Virus record (IMG/VR): IMGVR_UViG_2061766007_004010
Length of the DNA: 35,926 nt
Direction: 5' to 3' (one strand)
Source of the DNA: an uncultured virus (IMG/VR IMGVR_UViG_2061766007_004010)
Lineage: Duplodnaviria > Heunggongvirae > Uroviricota > Caudoviricetes
Under the pieces are notes generated by a model, which saw only the letters and a list, made by a program, of their open reading frames with translations, did no database searches and had not been told where the DNA came from. A program made the translations under genes and the position numbers. Below, piece after piece: positions 1 to 10,228 of this stretch (position 1 is the stretch's first letter; every line of letters begins with the position of its first letter).

Positions 1-22
1 TAGTTGATTTATGATTCTTCCC

Positions 23-1219
23 CTATACATCGGAACCACCCTTTTCAGGAACCGGGAACACCGGGCAGCACTTCAGCGAGAACTTTGATTCAATCGACGG
101 ATAACGGGCATCGAACTCGCTGGCCCCGCTAGTTCTCAGGGCGAGGTCTGCCTTGCTGGTCTTCAGTTCGAATGAATGAGTGATGAAGTCGAATTTACCC
201 TTGTAGATTGGTTTGCCTGACGCATCGAACCACTTGATGATTGGTATGAATTCGCCGTCATATTCCTTTCTTACTACGCCATCGCTGTCAAGTAGGCACA
301 CTACCTGGTTTCCNNNNNNNNNNGGGCATTATCTACCTTGCTGGTCTTCAGGTCGAATAAATGAGTGATGAAGTCGAATTTACCCTTGTATATTGGTTTG
401 CCTGACTCATTGAACCACTTGACGATTGTCAGGAATTCACCGTCGTACGTCTTTCTTACTACGCCCTTATCGTCAAGTAGGCACACCACCCGGTTTCCGG
501 GCTGATGTCTCACGATAAGCGAGTCATTGGCAAACACAGAATAGCTTTCCCTGGAGTAGTCATATTCCGAACAGCATCCCTTACTGTAGGTGACGATGCC
601 TTCTTCAATGACCTTGTTGTGCTCGGTTGTGTATGTGATGGTAACCTTGCCTACCTTGGTTCGGTNNNNNNNNNNGGTTGTGCTCGGTTGTGTATGTGAT
701 GGTAACCTTGCCTACCTTGGTTCGGTTATGATTACCGCTCGGCATATCTTCAATGAAGTATGCCTGCTTGAGCGACTTAGGCCGTCTCCCGGTAGCCCCC
801 TTGAAATACCATTCCTCCACGACGACGCCTTCAACCACTACGTCGTCCGTACGCCTTACGGAAATATCCCCGGGCATCCTGGTGTAGACCATCTCGCCGT
901 CCTCGGTTGACAGGATGAACAGCGGAAGGCTGGTCTTCCCGTGGAACTGGGTGACCAGCATGTAGCCGTCCTTGCTTTCGATGATTGTGCGCTTTGCCGG
1001 GCATATGATAATTCCGAGTTCCCGGACATATATAATGTCATTCCCTTTGCTATCCCTGTCCGTGGCATGGGGATAGCACGCCGCGAGCTGCAGGATTTCC
1101 CCCCAGCTGTACGCGGCGTACGGCTCGTCCATGTAGGTAGTGGGGAAAGAAAAGCGTACGTCGCTTCGGGTATCCTGATGGAACGCGTTGAGTCTTTTAA
1201 GCGCGGTTTCTATGTACAT
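23..1219 (-). CDS. Hypothetical protein, one gene stitched across two gaps
   Basis: The ORF from ATG 1219 reads ...TITYTTEHN. After removing the duplicated re-read at the 666-675 gap it continues KVIEEGIVTYSKGCCSEYDYSRESYSVFANDSLIVRHQPGNRVVCLL... into the 301-537 and 23-301 pieces. Confidence 0.7.
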
Positions 1220-1221
1220 TG

Positions 1222-1392
1222 CTAGTCCTTGAAGTTCCTGTACTGCACGTCTATTACCTCGTACTTGAACGAGAGATAGATGAACTTGCAGATGAATTTT
1301 ACCAGTGAGTTGGTCGACCAGTTCTCGCAGAACACGTATGTGCCCATCGGGTTTCTCCAGTCGTACGATATGAGATACTTGTCTTGGCCCAT
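1222..1392 (-). CDS. Small hypothetical protein (56 aa, MGQDKYLISYDWRNPMG...)
   Basis: Hand translation. A GGAGG RBS lies upstream and the ORF fills the space between neighbours. Confidence 0.7.
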   Translation of the reverse strand: MGQDKYLISYDWRNPMGTYVFCENWSTNSLVKFICKFIYLSFKYEVIDVQYRNFKD

Positions 1393-1410
1393 GCTGAAGT
1401 TCCTCCGTGA

Positions 1411-2319
1411 TTAGCTTAAGTCAGTACGGCAGCTGCTAATTTCGTCGATGACTTTCTTGTACTTCGCGTTCATCGCGTCACGAGCCTTGCGGGCTTCGTC
1501 CGCCGCACGTTTAGCCTTGATGGATTCCATCTGTTCATCGGCAAAATCCGGGTATACCGGTACGGTGACTTCCGGCCAGTCATATTCAATATCCATCTGT
1601 GCATATGACGGAGTGGACTGACTCTTTAGCGCAAGCTCCCGGATGATGTATTTACGGTACTCGTCAATGAATTCCGGTTTGGCCCCACCGTTGCTTGCCA
1701 CAAGCGCGTCGTATATGGCATCGACACGTTCCGGCGTTACCTTCTGGAACAGCACGCGGCCAGCGTTGAAGTCGACGTAGCAGTATTCCCGCACTATTAG
1801 TGGCGAATCAGTAAGTAGGCGATTGGCCATCTTAATCTTGTGTACCATCTGTGCCGCAATTTCAGCAACATGCTTAATGTCACTTGAATCATGCAGGGTG
1901 AACTTGTACCCGGTACATCGTAACTGCTCTGCCAGACTCTTTGATTGTATGCAACTGCCAAAAACGCTAAAGGGGACATGATAGGTGCCATCCTTGATAT
2001 CGAACAACGGTCCGGTAAGCAAAGTCTCGTCCGATATCACGCAACGCCATGAGGTGCCGTACCTGGAATCAAATACAGGGGCCCCATCCTTCTGAATCAA
2101 GAAATGGTCGGCCAGTCTCCCAACTCCGTCGACTAGAATCGTCCCTATGGTAGAGACTATCTCTGTCCAGTCCCTCGTGATACACGAGTCATTCATGTTG
2201 TAGGATATATTGCGGAAATAATTGATGCAGCGGAAGCGGTTGTCCAGGCGTCCCTCGCACAATTGGTCGATGAGCGCGTTTACCGGGTCACTGGGTAGTT
2301 TCTTGAATAATCCGAACAT
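1411..2319 (-). CDS. Hypothetical protein (302 aa)
   Basis: Long ORF with AGGAGG RBS. An allelic re-read of its middle lies at 2866-3200. Confidence 0.85.
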   Translation of the reverse strand: MFGLFKKLPSDPVNALIDQLCEGRLDNRFRCINYFRNISYNMNDSCITRDWTEIVSTIGTILVDGVGRLADHFLIQKDGAPVFDSRYGTSWRCVISDETLLTGPLFDIKDGTYHVPFSVFGSCIQSKSLAEQLRCTGYKFTLHDSSDIKHVAEIAAQMVHKIKMANRLLTDSPLIVREYCYVDFNAGRVLFQKVTPERVDAIYDALVASNGGAKPEFIDEYRKYIIRELALKSQSTPSYAQMDIEYDWPEVTVPVYPDFADEQMESIKAKRAADEARKARDAMNAKYKKVIDEISSCRTDLS

Positions 2320-2334
2320 TGTTCCTCCTGTACG

Positions 2335-2649
2335 CTAGCCAAAGAACCCCAGCTCGTCGAGTTTCTCGAGCGTCTTGATTGATTCGATTTTGTACCTGTC
2401 CAGTAGTTCCTTCGCCAGCCTGGCGTTGACGAACACGGGGTACAGCCCGTTTTCCTTGTCCTCGTCGGTGTCCGGGTCGGGAAGGGGACGCCCGCCCGTG
2501 TATTCCTCGAGGACGAGCTCGAGGGCCTCCTTGGCCATCTTGAGCGCTTCTTCCTTGGTTTCCCCCTGGGTGATGCACCCGGGGATGTCCGGGAAGGTCA
2601 CGGAATATCCGCCGTCCTTCTCCGGGGTGAGTTTTGCTACGTAGAACAT
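2335..2649 (-). CDS. hicB: HicB-family antitoxin-like protein
   Basis: DGGYSVTFPDIPGCITQGETKEEALKMAKEAL and the later LPDP match the HicB N-terminal (partial RNase H fold) signature. A partial second allele lies at 3617-3712. Confidence 0.85.
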   Translation of the reverse strand: MFYVAKLTPEKDGGYSVTFPDIPGCITQGETKEEALKMAKEALELVLEEYTGGRPLPDPDTDEDKENGLYPVFVNARLAKELLDRYKIESIKTLEKLDELGFFG

Positions 2650-3380
2650 ATTAATTTCTCCCGGGTATCCACGGTTTGTTGATTGACCTTATTGACAGGC
2701 CGCGCGATACCGGAAAGTCGGTAACCCCGTGTTCTGCCGCGACATGCTGTATTTTCTTGATAAGAGAGTCGACTACGGGTTGCATCTGGAAGTCGTTCCC
2801 GGCTTCGTCACGCCCGGTATTCCAGAATACGTACTTGTATTTCCCTAGCGTGCGGNNNNNNNNNNCTAGTGGCGAATCGGTAAGTAGGCGGTTGGCCCTC
2901 TTAATCTTGTTTACCATCTGTGCCGCAATTTCAGCAACATGCTTAATGTCGCTTGAATCATGCAGGGTGAACTTGTACCCGGTACAGCGTAACTGCTCTG
3001 CCAGACTCTTTGATTGTATGTAACTGCCCATAACGCTAAAGGGGACATGGTAGGTGCCATCCTTGATATCGAACAACGGCCCGGTAAGCAAAGTCTCGTC
3101 CGATATCACGCAACGCCATGATGTGCCGTACCTGGAATCAAATACAGGGACCCCATCCTTCTGAATCAAGAAATGGTCGGCCAGTCGCCCAACTCCGTCG
3201 NNNNNNNNNNGTGAAATGGCCGGTCGATTCCTTCCTGGCTTTCCTGCGGAGGTACGATTCCNNNNNNNNNNTGACAACGACATATCCGAACTCCGCTTCA
3301 CCATGAACGGCCGTAAGCTCAANNNNNNNNNNACTTCGGCACGGCGACTGTCTTTTTAATGGACTTGCTCATAGTACTCC

Positions 3381-3417
3381 AAATATAGCAATTTTTCCGC
3401 ATGAATTTGCTATATTT
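3381..3417. promoter_or_regulatory. Divergent pair of TTGCTATATTT promoter-like motifs
   Basis: AAATATAGCAA at 3381-3391 and TTGCTATATTT at 3407-3417, between divergent starts at 3372 (-) and 3446 (+). Confidence 0.75.
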
Positions 3418-3445
3418 GCAGTACAAGACAATAAGGAACGCAATT

Positions 3446-3606
3446 ATGATTGACTTTATGCAGGAAATGCGGGACAACGACATATCCGAACTCCGCTTCA
3501 CCATGAACGGCCGGAAGCTCAAGGTTACAAAGGCCACCGTGGTGGACGGGAAGTGCATGGAAATCTGCCTCGCCGAGGACAACAGGAAGGTCAAGGGCAT
3601 CCACCC
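3446..3606 (+). CDS. Hypothetical protein, partial (MIDFMQEMRDNDISELRF...)
   Basis: AAGGA RBS downstream of the promoter motif. The ORF runs into a gap. Confidence 0.65.
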
Positions 3607-3713
3607 NNNNNNNNNNCTTGGTGTCCCCCTGGGTGATGCACCCGGGGATGTCCGGGAAGGTAACGGAAAATCCGCCGTCCTTCTCCGGTGTAAGTTTCGC
3701 TACGTAGAACATG

Positions 3714-3971
3714 TTAGTCCCTCCCGGGTATCCACGGTTTGTTGATTGACATTATTGACAGGCTGCGTGATACCGGAAAGTCAGTAACACCGTGTTCTGC
3801 CGCAAAATGCTGTATTTTCCTGATATGTGCGTCGATTTTTGGCTGCATAGGAAAGTCGTTCCCGGCTTCGTCATACCCCGTATTCCAGAATACGTACTTG
3901 TATTTCCCTAGCGTGCGGCTGAAATGGCCGGTAGGCTCTTTACTGGATTTCCTGCGGAGGTACGATTCCAC
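3714..3971 (-). CDS. Hypothetical protein directly upstream of hicB (fragmented)
   Basis: The ORF ends 1 nt before the hicB ATG in both allelic copies (2651-2855 and 3714-3971). Its N-terminus may be MSKSIKKTVAVPK at 3372. Confidence 0.6.
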   Translation of the reverse strand: MESYLRRKSSKEPTGHFSRTLGKYKYVFWNTGYDEAGNDFPMQPKIDAHIRKIQHFAAEHGVTDFPVSRSLSIMSINKPWIPGRD

Positions 3972-5459
3972 CGCTTCCTCGCCGAGGTCACGGTAGANNN
4001 NNNNNNNACTGAAATGGCCGGTCGATTCCTTCCTGGCTTTCCTGCGGAGGTACGATTCCNNNNNNNNNNNNNNNNNNNNNNNNNNNNNNNNNNNNNNNNN
4101 NNNNNNNNNNNNNNNNNNNNNNNNNNNNNNNNNNNNNNNNNNNNNNNNNNNNNNNNNNNNNNNNNNNNNNNNNNNNNNNNNNNNNNNNNNNNNNNNNNNN
4201 NNNNNNNNNNNNNNNNNNNNNNNNNNNNNNNNNNNNNNNNNNNNNNNNNNNNNNNNNNNNNNNNNNNNNNNNNNNNNNNNNNNNNNNNNNNNNNNNNNNN
4301 NNNNNNNNNNNNNNNNNNNNNNNNNNNNNNNNNNNNNNNNNNNNNNNNNNNNNNNNNNNNNNNNNNNNNNNNNNNNNNNNNNNNNNNNNNNNNNNNNNNN
4401 NNNNNNNNNNNNNNNNNNNNNNNNNNNNNNNNNNNNNNNNNNNNNNNNNNNNNNNNNNNNNNNNNNNNNNNNNNNNNNNNNNNNNNNNNNNNNNNNNNNN
4501 NNNNNNNNNNNNNNNNNNNNNNNNNNNNNNNNNNNNNNNNNNNNNNNNNNNNNNNNNNNNNNNNNNNNNNNNNNNNNNNNNNNNNNNNNNNNNNNNNNNN
4601 NNNNNNNNNNNNNNNNNNNNNNNNNNNNNNNNNNNNNNNNNNNNNNNNNNNNNNNNNNNNNNNNNNNNNNNNNNNNNNNNNNNNNNNNNNNNNNNNNNNN
4701 NNNNNNNNNNNNNNNNNNNNNTCGTTCCTTCTACCGCAAGCGCGAGATGAGGGACCACCTTATCCATCTCGAACGGGAACGCAAGAAGCGTGAAGACGAG
4801 CGGAAGAAAGACGTAGTTGATGACCGCTTGCTCCAGCCGGTCGATGATAGGCTCAAGAAAGTCGAGCAAGAGTCATTTGATGCCTGTCTTCACCCCGCGA
4901 ATTATGCATATGACCCGGAGGACCCAACCCCGCCCATGGGGGGTTTCCATGATTAGCCCGTTCTTCTATCTGCAGAAACAGAAGGCAACCGAGGAGGAAC
5001 GCATCGCGTTCTACCAAGAACGCATGGCCGAGGTAAAGGACTGGCTCATCCACGACTTCGTCCGGGAATGCACCGGGAGATACAACTACGCCAACCTGGA
5101 AGGTGAAATCCTGTTCTGGAAGCTTATCGTGACCGATGACCACCGGGTATTCATCAACCGCAACTGGTGGAACCGTTCCGTAGAATGGTTCTGCCAGGAA
5201 CACCGCTGCAAGCTGGAGGAAATCGACCTCCTCTACATCATCATGCAGGTGTACCGCAGCATGGGATATGACGTGAAGCCGGTAGACGGTTCCCTGTGCA
5301 TAACCCTCTTCGAACCGATGANNNNNNNNNNCGACTGGCAAATCGACCACAGCTCGCCCAAGTCCCAGCAGCAGCACATCAGGGAATACCTAGAGGCCGG
5401 CAACTCGATTACGCCCCTGGAGGCCCTGGAGAAGTTCGGCTGCTTCCGNNNNNNNNNNA

Positions 5460-5702
5460 GACTGGCAAATCGACCACAGCTCGCCCAAGACCCAGCAGCA
5501 GCACATCAGGGAATACCTCGAGGCAGGCAACTCGATTACGCCCCTGGAAGCCCTGGAGAAGTTCGGCTGCTTCCGTCTCGGTGCCCAGATTTTCGACCTG
5601 AAGAAGAAGGGCATGGCCATCGAGATGACCATGAAGAAGGACGAGAACACCGGGAAGCGCTATGCCGTCTACTACATCGCCCCCGCGAAGGAGTCCAAGT
5701 AA
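5460..5702 (+). CDS. Small helix-turn-helix DNA-binding protein (HTH_39-like), 5' partial
   Basis: QQQHIREYLEAGNSITPLEALEKFGCFRLGAQIFDLKKKGMAIE...KRYAVY is typical of small phage winged-HTH proteins. Confidence 0.8.
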   Translation, partial: DWQIDHSSPKTQQQHIREYLEAGNSITPLEALEKFGCFRLGAQIFDLKKKGMAIEMTMKKDENTGKRYAVYYIAPAKESK

Positions 5703-6254
5703 TGACGGATTCGCCGAAATTCTACTACAGGGACGCCACGATTCACGGCATCCCGTTCCAGAAATACCCAGAGGTGCATGTGTTCCTTGGCAAGTATACC
5801 GCAATGGACGGGANNNNNNNNNNGCGGCATCCCGTTCCAGACATACCCAGAGGTGCATGTGTTCCTTGGCAAGTATACGGCAATGGACGGGACAGAACGG
5901 GAACGCTGGGCGCACTTTAATCCAGACCACTGCCCGTTCAGACGCTACAGCAGGATGGTCAGCAGCATGCTCGCCAGGAGAAATCCCCGGGAACTCCGCG
6001 GTGTGCTCCGCAGGTACGCCGTAAGATACTGGATGTGGGCCATGCAGATGCCACGCTGGCGCTTATATAAGCAGGAGTACCGGTTTGAAGTGCTAAAGTG
6101 CGCGATGAAGATGCTTGAAAAGTACGTCATATCCGGACGCATGCCACTGCATTTCCGGGCACAGGGTGCAGAGATTATCATGGTATGGCTTCTATATACG
6201 GCAAAACAGAAGGTCATCTTGAATTGTACTACGAACGAATTGCCAATCGAATAA
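5702..6254 (+). CDS. Hypothetical protein (MTDSPKFYYRDATIHG...), across one gap
   Basis: TAATG overlap with the HTH gene. It joins ORF 5778-6254 after the duplicated re-read is removed. Confidence 0.7.
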
Positions 6255-6363
6255 GGAGAACCATGATGAGCATGCTAAACGAAGTGGACTGTTCCCCGGA
6301 TACCCCGGTAATCGNNNNNNNNNNCCATACGAACGAATTGCCAATCGAATAAGGGGAACCACG

Positions 6364-6672
6364 ATGAGCATGCTAAACGAAGTGGACTGTTCCCCGGATA
6401 CCCCGGTAATCGACGCCGCGGCCGAACGCATGGCGCTCAAGGAGATGGAGCACGAGAAGTTCCGCGACACCAACGAGATGTCCGGGTTCCAGCGCGGATA
6501 TTCCCGGGGGTTCCTGGAAGGTGCGGAATTCATACGTTCCTTCTACCGCAAGCGCGATATGAGGGACCACCTTATCCATATCGAACGGGAACGCAAGAAA
6601 CGTGAAGACGAGCGGAAGAAAGAAGCGGTTGATGACCGCCTGCTCCAGCCGGCCGAGCCATGGTCACCCGAC
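6364..6672 (+). CDS. Hypothetical protein (MSMLNEVDCSPDTPV...), 3' end in gap
   Basis: RBS present. The C-terminal half of another allele lies at 4723-4956. Confidence 0.7.
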
Positions 6673-6849
6673 NNNNNNNNNNNNNNNNNNNNNNNNNNGC
6701 AGAAGGCATCCGAGGAGGAACGCATCGCGTTCTACCAGGAACGCATGACCGAGGTGAAGGACTGGCTCATTCACGACTTCGTCCGGGAACACACCGGGAG
6801 ATANNNNNNNNNNTCCCGGATGACCTCACCCCTCCCATGGGGGGATTCC

Positions 6850-7227
6850 ATGATTAGCCCGTTCTTCTATCTGCAGAAACAGAAGGCTACCGAGGAGGAA
6901 CGCATCGCGTTCTACCAGGAACGCATGGCCGAGGTAAAGGACTGGCTCATCCACGACTTCGTCCGGGAACGCCCCGGAACATACCATTACGCCTCCCTGG
7001 AAGGTGAAATCCTGTTCTGGAAGATGATTATCACGGACGACCACCGGGTATTCATCAATAGGAACTGGTGGAACCGTTCCGTCGAATGGTTTTGCCAGGA
7101 ACACCACTGCAAGCTGGAGGAAATAGACCTCCTCTACATCATCATGCAGGTGTATCACAGCATGGGATATGGCGTGAAGCCGGTAGACGGTTCCCTGTGT
7201 ATAACCCTCTTCGAACCGAGGAACTAA
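6850..7227 (+). CDS. Hypothetical protein (MISPFFYLQKQKATEEE...)
   Basis: Intact 125-aa ORF. An allelic copy lies at 4949-5321. Confidence 0.8.
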   Translation: MISPFFYLQKQKATEEERIAFYQERMAEVKDWLIHDFVRERPGTYHYASLEGEILFWKMIITDDHRVFINRNWWNRSVEWFCQEHHCKLEEIDLLYIIMQVYHSMGYGVKPVDGSLCITLFEPRN

Positions 7228-7228
7228 G

Positions 7229-7453
7229 ATGGAATTGAAAGTCAATGTACTGAAACATGGAGACCAGAACCAGGGTGACTCCATATTGTTCCACTGCTTC
7301 AACTGCGGGTGCGAATTTACCGTCCCGCGGGCATGGTGTCGGAACTATTCATATGGTGTCACTGTACAGATGTCAGACCGGCCAAACCCCAGGTACTGGT
7401 ACAACTGTCCGGAATGCCACCGGGAATGCCACAACAAGCTGTCTCAACAGTAA
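7229..7453 (+). CDS. Zinc-ribbon protein
   Basis: CFNCGC and CPECH cysteine pairs. Confidence 0.75.
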   Translation: MELKVNVLKHGDQNQGDSILFHCFNCGCEFTVPRAWCRNYSYGVTVQMSDRPNPRYWYNCPECHRECHNKLSQQ

Positions 7454-7632
7454 TTCCGGAAGAAACAGTTAACAAGGAGCGAAAATAGTATGGCTTGGGC
7501 AGATTTCACTAAAAACTATGCAGTACCTAAAGNNNNNNNNNNNNNNNNNNNNNNNNNNNNNNCCGTATTCAGTATGCATACTTGAAAGTCGATGGCACCT
7601 ATGGCGACCTGCACCCAGTTGTAAGCGGCAAG

Positions 7633-7685
7633 GTGAAAACCATCGAAAAACTCTTGTATAATGAAATGGAACGGGAGAGAGATGA
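7633..7685 (+). promoter_or_regulatory. Sigma70-like promoter cassette, copy 1
   Basis: GTGAAA-N18-TATAAT, near-identical to 9195-9247. Confidence 0.6.
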
Positions 7686-7787
7686 TACGGGGAGGTCAAC
7701 TTAATGAGCAAGTACGCACGATACAACAGCCCGCTTGACCTGGGAGTAACCTTNNNNNNNNNNACTGAATATGGGAGAAAAACAGAT

Positions 7788-8018
7788 ATGCCGTGTGAAT
7801 ACTGCAAGCCATCATTGGAACCAAAGAAGATTGTCCGCATCCCGGACCCTGACCCGAAAGACCCGGGCGAAAACCGGTACGGATACAGGATATACCGGAA
7901 GGGAAACTTCCACGGTTTCGGCTCGCTGGTGTTCTACAGCAACGCTAACGGGGAGTTCGCCGAGCTGCCAGCCAGGTTCTGCCCCATGTGCGGGGACCCG
8001 CTAGTGACGGAGAAATAG
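7788..8018 (+). CDS. Small zinc-finger protein
   Basis: N-terminal CEYC and C-terminal FCPMCG. GGAGA RBS. Confidence 0.75.
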   Translation: MPCEYCKPSLEPKKIVRIPDPDPKDPGENRYGYRIYRKGNFHGFGSLVFYSNANGEFAELPARFCPMCGDPLVTEK

Positions 8019-8019
8019 C

Positions 8020-8295
8020 ATGCGTCGTACTCACAAGGACATATACTTCAAGAAGTTACGCAACCTCCACAAGGCCAGTCGTGACCTTACAGGGGAGGAA
8101 CGCGACCGATTCATGAAGGAGAACGGCTTCACGGAGGCCGAGGACAGCCGCGCAATAGGCCGAGGGCTGCACCAGTCCGAGAACCGGCACTATACAGAGA
8201 AGGGATACGGGTACAAGAAGCTGGTGCAGATGGAAAGAACCAAGTCGCATGCCAAGGCAGACAGTAAGGACGAACTTGTCATGGAGGACCAATAA
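8020..8295 (+). CDS. Hypothetical protein (91 aa)
   Basis: Tightly packed ORF in a + strand run. Confidence 0.75.
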   Translation: MRRTHKDIYFKKLRNLHKASRDLTGEERDRFMKENGFTEAEDSRAIGRGLHQSENRHYTEKGYGYKKLVQMERTKSHAKADSKDELVMEDQ

Positions 8296-8322
8296 TGCAG
8301 AAGAAAATGGAAAAGGAGAGGG

Positions 8323-8787
8323 ATGATGGCTAAATCGGGCTTGACCAAGACGTGGAAAATATCCAAATGCAAGGCGATTATCATGGACAAGCACGGTCAC
8401 GCCTTCGGCATGAGCAGCATCGCCATCGAGCCTAAGCGCAAAAGGCGAATAGGACATGCGCGGCACATGTACCTGTCCATGTTCGACTATGATGCATTTC
8501 TCAAGAATGGCTACGCGGTCGACGGGAATGGGTACTATGTATTCAAATGTGCTAAACACATAGCAGCCACGGTAACTCGCGTACTCGGTGATGATGGATT
8601 CAAGAAGTTCGTTGCGACCGTGCTCTCCAGTGCAGACTGGATAAACGCACTGGACAAGAAGAACGGGCACCTGTTCGATATATTGCGTCTGTTCAATACG
8701 GCCGTCCATCTATCCGAACGGGAAATCGACCGGGCACTGCGGAAGCACGGTGGCATTGCCAGTATACTCAACTTCAAGGTTAGCTGA
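8323..8787 (+). CDS. Hypothetical protein (154 aa)
   Basis: AAGGAG RBS and an intact ORF. Confidence 0.75.
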   Translation: MMAKSGLTKTWKISKCKAIIMDKHGHAFGMSSIAIEPKRKRRIGHARHMYLSMFDYDAFLKNGYAVDGNGYYVFKCAKHIAATVTRVLGDDGFKKFVATVLSSADWINALDKKNGHLFDILRLFNTAVHLSEREIDRALRKHGGIASILNFKVS

Positions 8788-8799
8788 GCGGTGTCACTT

Positions 8800-8810
8800 T
8801 TGCTATATTT
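8800..8810 (+). promoter_or_regulatory. TTGCTATATTT promoter-like motif
   Basis: Exact intergenic copy. Confidence 0.7.
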
Positions 8811-8876
8811 GTAGTATGAGAACATACATTGAATACGAAGGAAGGCAATCCTTACTGTAAGGAAGGTTACTGGACC

Positions 8877-9155
8877 ATGAGCAAGTACGCACGATACAAC
8901 AGCCCGCTTGACCTGGGTGTAACCTTCTGCGAGGACGGGAACGACGAGTACTGGTACCCGGACGACCCGGACAGGAACGTCATTTTCAGGTGCCCCCGGA
9001 CTCCCCCGGAAGGCTACAAGATGACCCAGGAGGAATGGGAGAAGGCCACCTGGCTGTGCCTGGAAGCACGAATCCATCCCGCAAACAACAAGCCCTGGTT
9101 CGGCGATATCACCAATCCGATTCCAATCGAGGAGACTAAATATATATGGCATTAA
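8877..9155 (+). CDS. Hypothetical protein (MSKYARYNSPLDLGVTF...)
   Basis: The same N-terminus occurs at 7704 with a different upstream sequence, which supports this start. Confidence 0.75.
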   Translation: MSKYARYNSPLDLGVTFCEDGNDEYWYPDDPDRNVIFRCPRTPPEGYKMTQEEWEKATWLCLEARIHPANNKPWFGDITNPIPIEETKYIWH

Positions 9156-9194
9156 AACCAAGTTACGAGGAAATGACTATCGAGAAGTTTACAA

Positions 9195-9247
9195 GTGAAA
9201 CCCATCGAAACACTCTTGTATAATGAAACGGAAAGGAAAAGAGATGA
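9195..9247 (+). promoter_or_regulatory. Sigma70-like promoter cassette, copy 2
   Basis: GTGAAA-N18-TATAAT, near-identical to 7633-7685. Confidence 0.6.
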
Positions 9248-9444
9248 TGACTAAATCGGACGTGGCCAAGCAATGGATGCAATTACTCAATTCCGCCATA
9301 AACTCGAGCCACGGAAGACAAACGAATGGTCCGAGTTTCAATGCGTCCGCTACTGAAGTAGATACTGTCAGATATCTATCTGAATACTGGGACGAAAAAG
9401 GATTTGCCCGTGAGCAAATCATAGAAGCAAAAAGAAGATGCTGA
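9244..9444 (+). CDS. Hypothetical protein (66 aa)
   Basis: ORF with AAGGA upstream. Confidence 0.6.
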   Translation: MMTKSDVAKQWMQLLNSAINSSHGRQTNGPSFNASATEVDTVRYLSEYWDEKGFAREQIIEAKRRC

Positions 9445-9445
9445 G

Positions 9446-10168
9446 ATGGAAACCTTCAGTACGATGAATCAAGAGGAAATCGCAAACATGAACCCAGTAG
9501 ACTGTTTCTTGCAAATGTATGGCGACTTTGGAGTACAAGGAAACTGCTTGTTGCGGCCAAGGTCGTTGGATGATATCCCTCATCTACCGGATACAACTAC
9601 AGTGTATCGCCTGTTTAAAATCTATCCAACCAGGAAATGGCAAGTTGNNNNNNNNNNGGTGCGAACATGAACGTGTCCCGATTTCTTACGAAGTTGACGT
9701 AGTACCCTTTCGGCAGGTGCCTGATGAGATAATCGCTCGGTGGAAACGGGAAGATGACGAGGCGAAGCTTGCGGAAGAACGTGTAAAAGCCACTATTCTG
9801 CNNNNNNNNNNACTACTTCAGAAGTCGTAGCGAGCTCGTGCACGAGATTTCATATCTTGACCNNNNNNNNNNCGCACGAAATTTCATATCTTGACCGGTG
9901 CGAACATGAACATGTCCCGATTTCTTACGAGGTGGAAGTAGTACCCTTTCTGCAGGTGCCTGATGAGATAATTGCTCGGTGGAAACGGGAAGATGACGAG
10001 GCGAAGCTTGCGGAAGAACGTGCAAAAGCCCCTATTCTGCTGCCGCGAGTAAGGAGACCGTGGCCCTCACTGTTTGCCGAGCACATTGATGGAAACAGGT
10101 TGCTAGCTGAGACAAACCAGTGGAGCCGATGCAAACCTATCAGGAAACCATTTGGCAAACCAAGATAA
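9446..10168 (+). CDS. Hypothetical protein, fragmented by gaps
   Basis: Start METFSTMNQ and end ...KPFGKPR, with internal allelic re-reads. Joining the pieces into one gene is inferred. Confidence 0.5.
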
Positions 10169-10172
10169 CGAA

Positions 10173-10206
10173 AATCCCCGGGAAACTCCCGGGGATTCCT
10201 TTTGTT
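10173..10206. terminator. Probable bidirectional intrinsic terminator
   Basis: AATCCCCGGGA-aac-TCCCGGGGATT between convergent genes, with an A-run before and a T-run after. Confidence 0.8.
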
Positions 10207-10228
10207 CACACCCTAAATCTACCTTGCA

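Noticed and set aside
3714..3971. HicA toxin call for the gene upstream of hicB
   Set aside because: It lacks the HicA G-S-H and V-T-V-P-x-H motifs.
3924..4869. Long ORFs 3924-4793 and 3988-4869
   Set aside because: They consist almost entirely of N-gap translation.
4723..7227. Diversity-generating retroelement TR/VR pairs
   Set aside because: Differences in the pairs I compared are not adenine-specific, and no reverse transcriptase is visible in the window.
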